A stretch of 62,866 bases of DNA, filler included. It is 7 parts of 7 records of this genome, joined end to end, with 100 filler letters (N's around TTAATTAATTAA, not from the genome) between each part and the next. Parts side by side here need not be neighbours in the genome. Positions count along the whole stretch, not along the records: positions 57,282 to 62,866 come from SRR31147125_17626; 6 more parts are not named here. The stretch is one strand, 5' to 3'. Below, piece by piece: positions 62,726 to 62,866 of this stretch. The notes beneath the pieces were generated by a model. That model was not told the origin of the DNA and did no database searches. It worked only from the letters and a program-made list of their open reading frames with translations. The first letter of the stretch is position 1; the number at the start of each line of letters is the position of its first letter. The position numbers were made by a program, and so were the translations under genes.

Positions 62726-62866
62726 ATGAATTATAGATATATATTGTTTGATTTAGACGGCACAATAATTGATTCTAAAGAAGGTATAGTATCTGCCGCA
62801 AGATTTGCACTAGATAAAATGGGAGTTCCTGAAACTCAAATTGTAAACCTAGATAGAATAATAGGC
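62726..62866 (+). CDS. HAD-family hydrolase, 3'-truncated
   Basis: MNYRYILFDLDGTIIDS (DxDGT motif). Confidence 0.8.
   Translation, partial: MNYRYILFDLDGTIIDSKEGIVSAARFALDKMGVPETQIVNLDRIIG

Overview
This window is not one locus. It is seven unrelated contigs joined by six 100-nt spacers (N44-TTAATTAATTAA-N44), so gene neighbourhoods must not be read across the gaps. Taxonomic labels are inferred from composition and gene content. (1) 1-20472: very AT-rich, Acholeplasmatales-like housekeeping region (rnj, recU, TPP riboswitch-thiT, nfeD/SPFH, pdp, plsC, folA, thyA, pepV, ssb, M16 peptidases, deoD, deoC, surE, partial ileS). (2) 20573-28054: glpK-glpF, SPFH/nfeD and an exported FAD oxidoreductase. 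(3) 28155-38329: GC-rich Clostridia-like DNA with zur-znuABC, two esterases, DUF169, an orphan phage-type three-gene cassette ending in a C-type-lectin (CLec/FGE-like) DGR-target-like gene, and an ArsR-HMA-P1B ATPase operon. (4) 38430-44497: Bacteroidota-like ftsH, lutC, cdsA, psd, pssA, then integron-like cassettes. (5) 44598-50277: Bacteroidota-like sulfatases, a ThuA pseudogene and DUF1080. (6) 50378-57181: a sensor kinase, then tandem TIR-DUF1566 and TM-NACHT-DUF1566 genes, and an enolase-family dehydratase. (7) 57282-62866: amidohydrolase, Pr6Pr protein, decayed genes, U32 protein, HAD. The most interesting signal is in contig 6. The two immune-like genes share a C-terminal lectin-fold module whose 3' ends show the codon signature of diversity-generating-retroelement (DGR) variable regions and a near-identical 73-nt terminal/downstream element. 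No RT or template repeat is visible in the window. Many single-base homopolymer frameshifts across several contigs suggest sequencing error.
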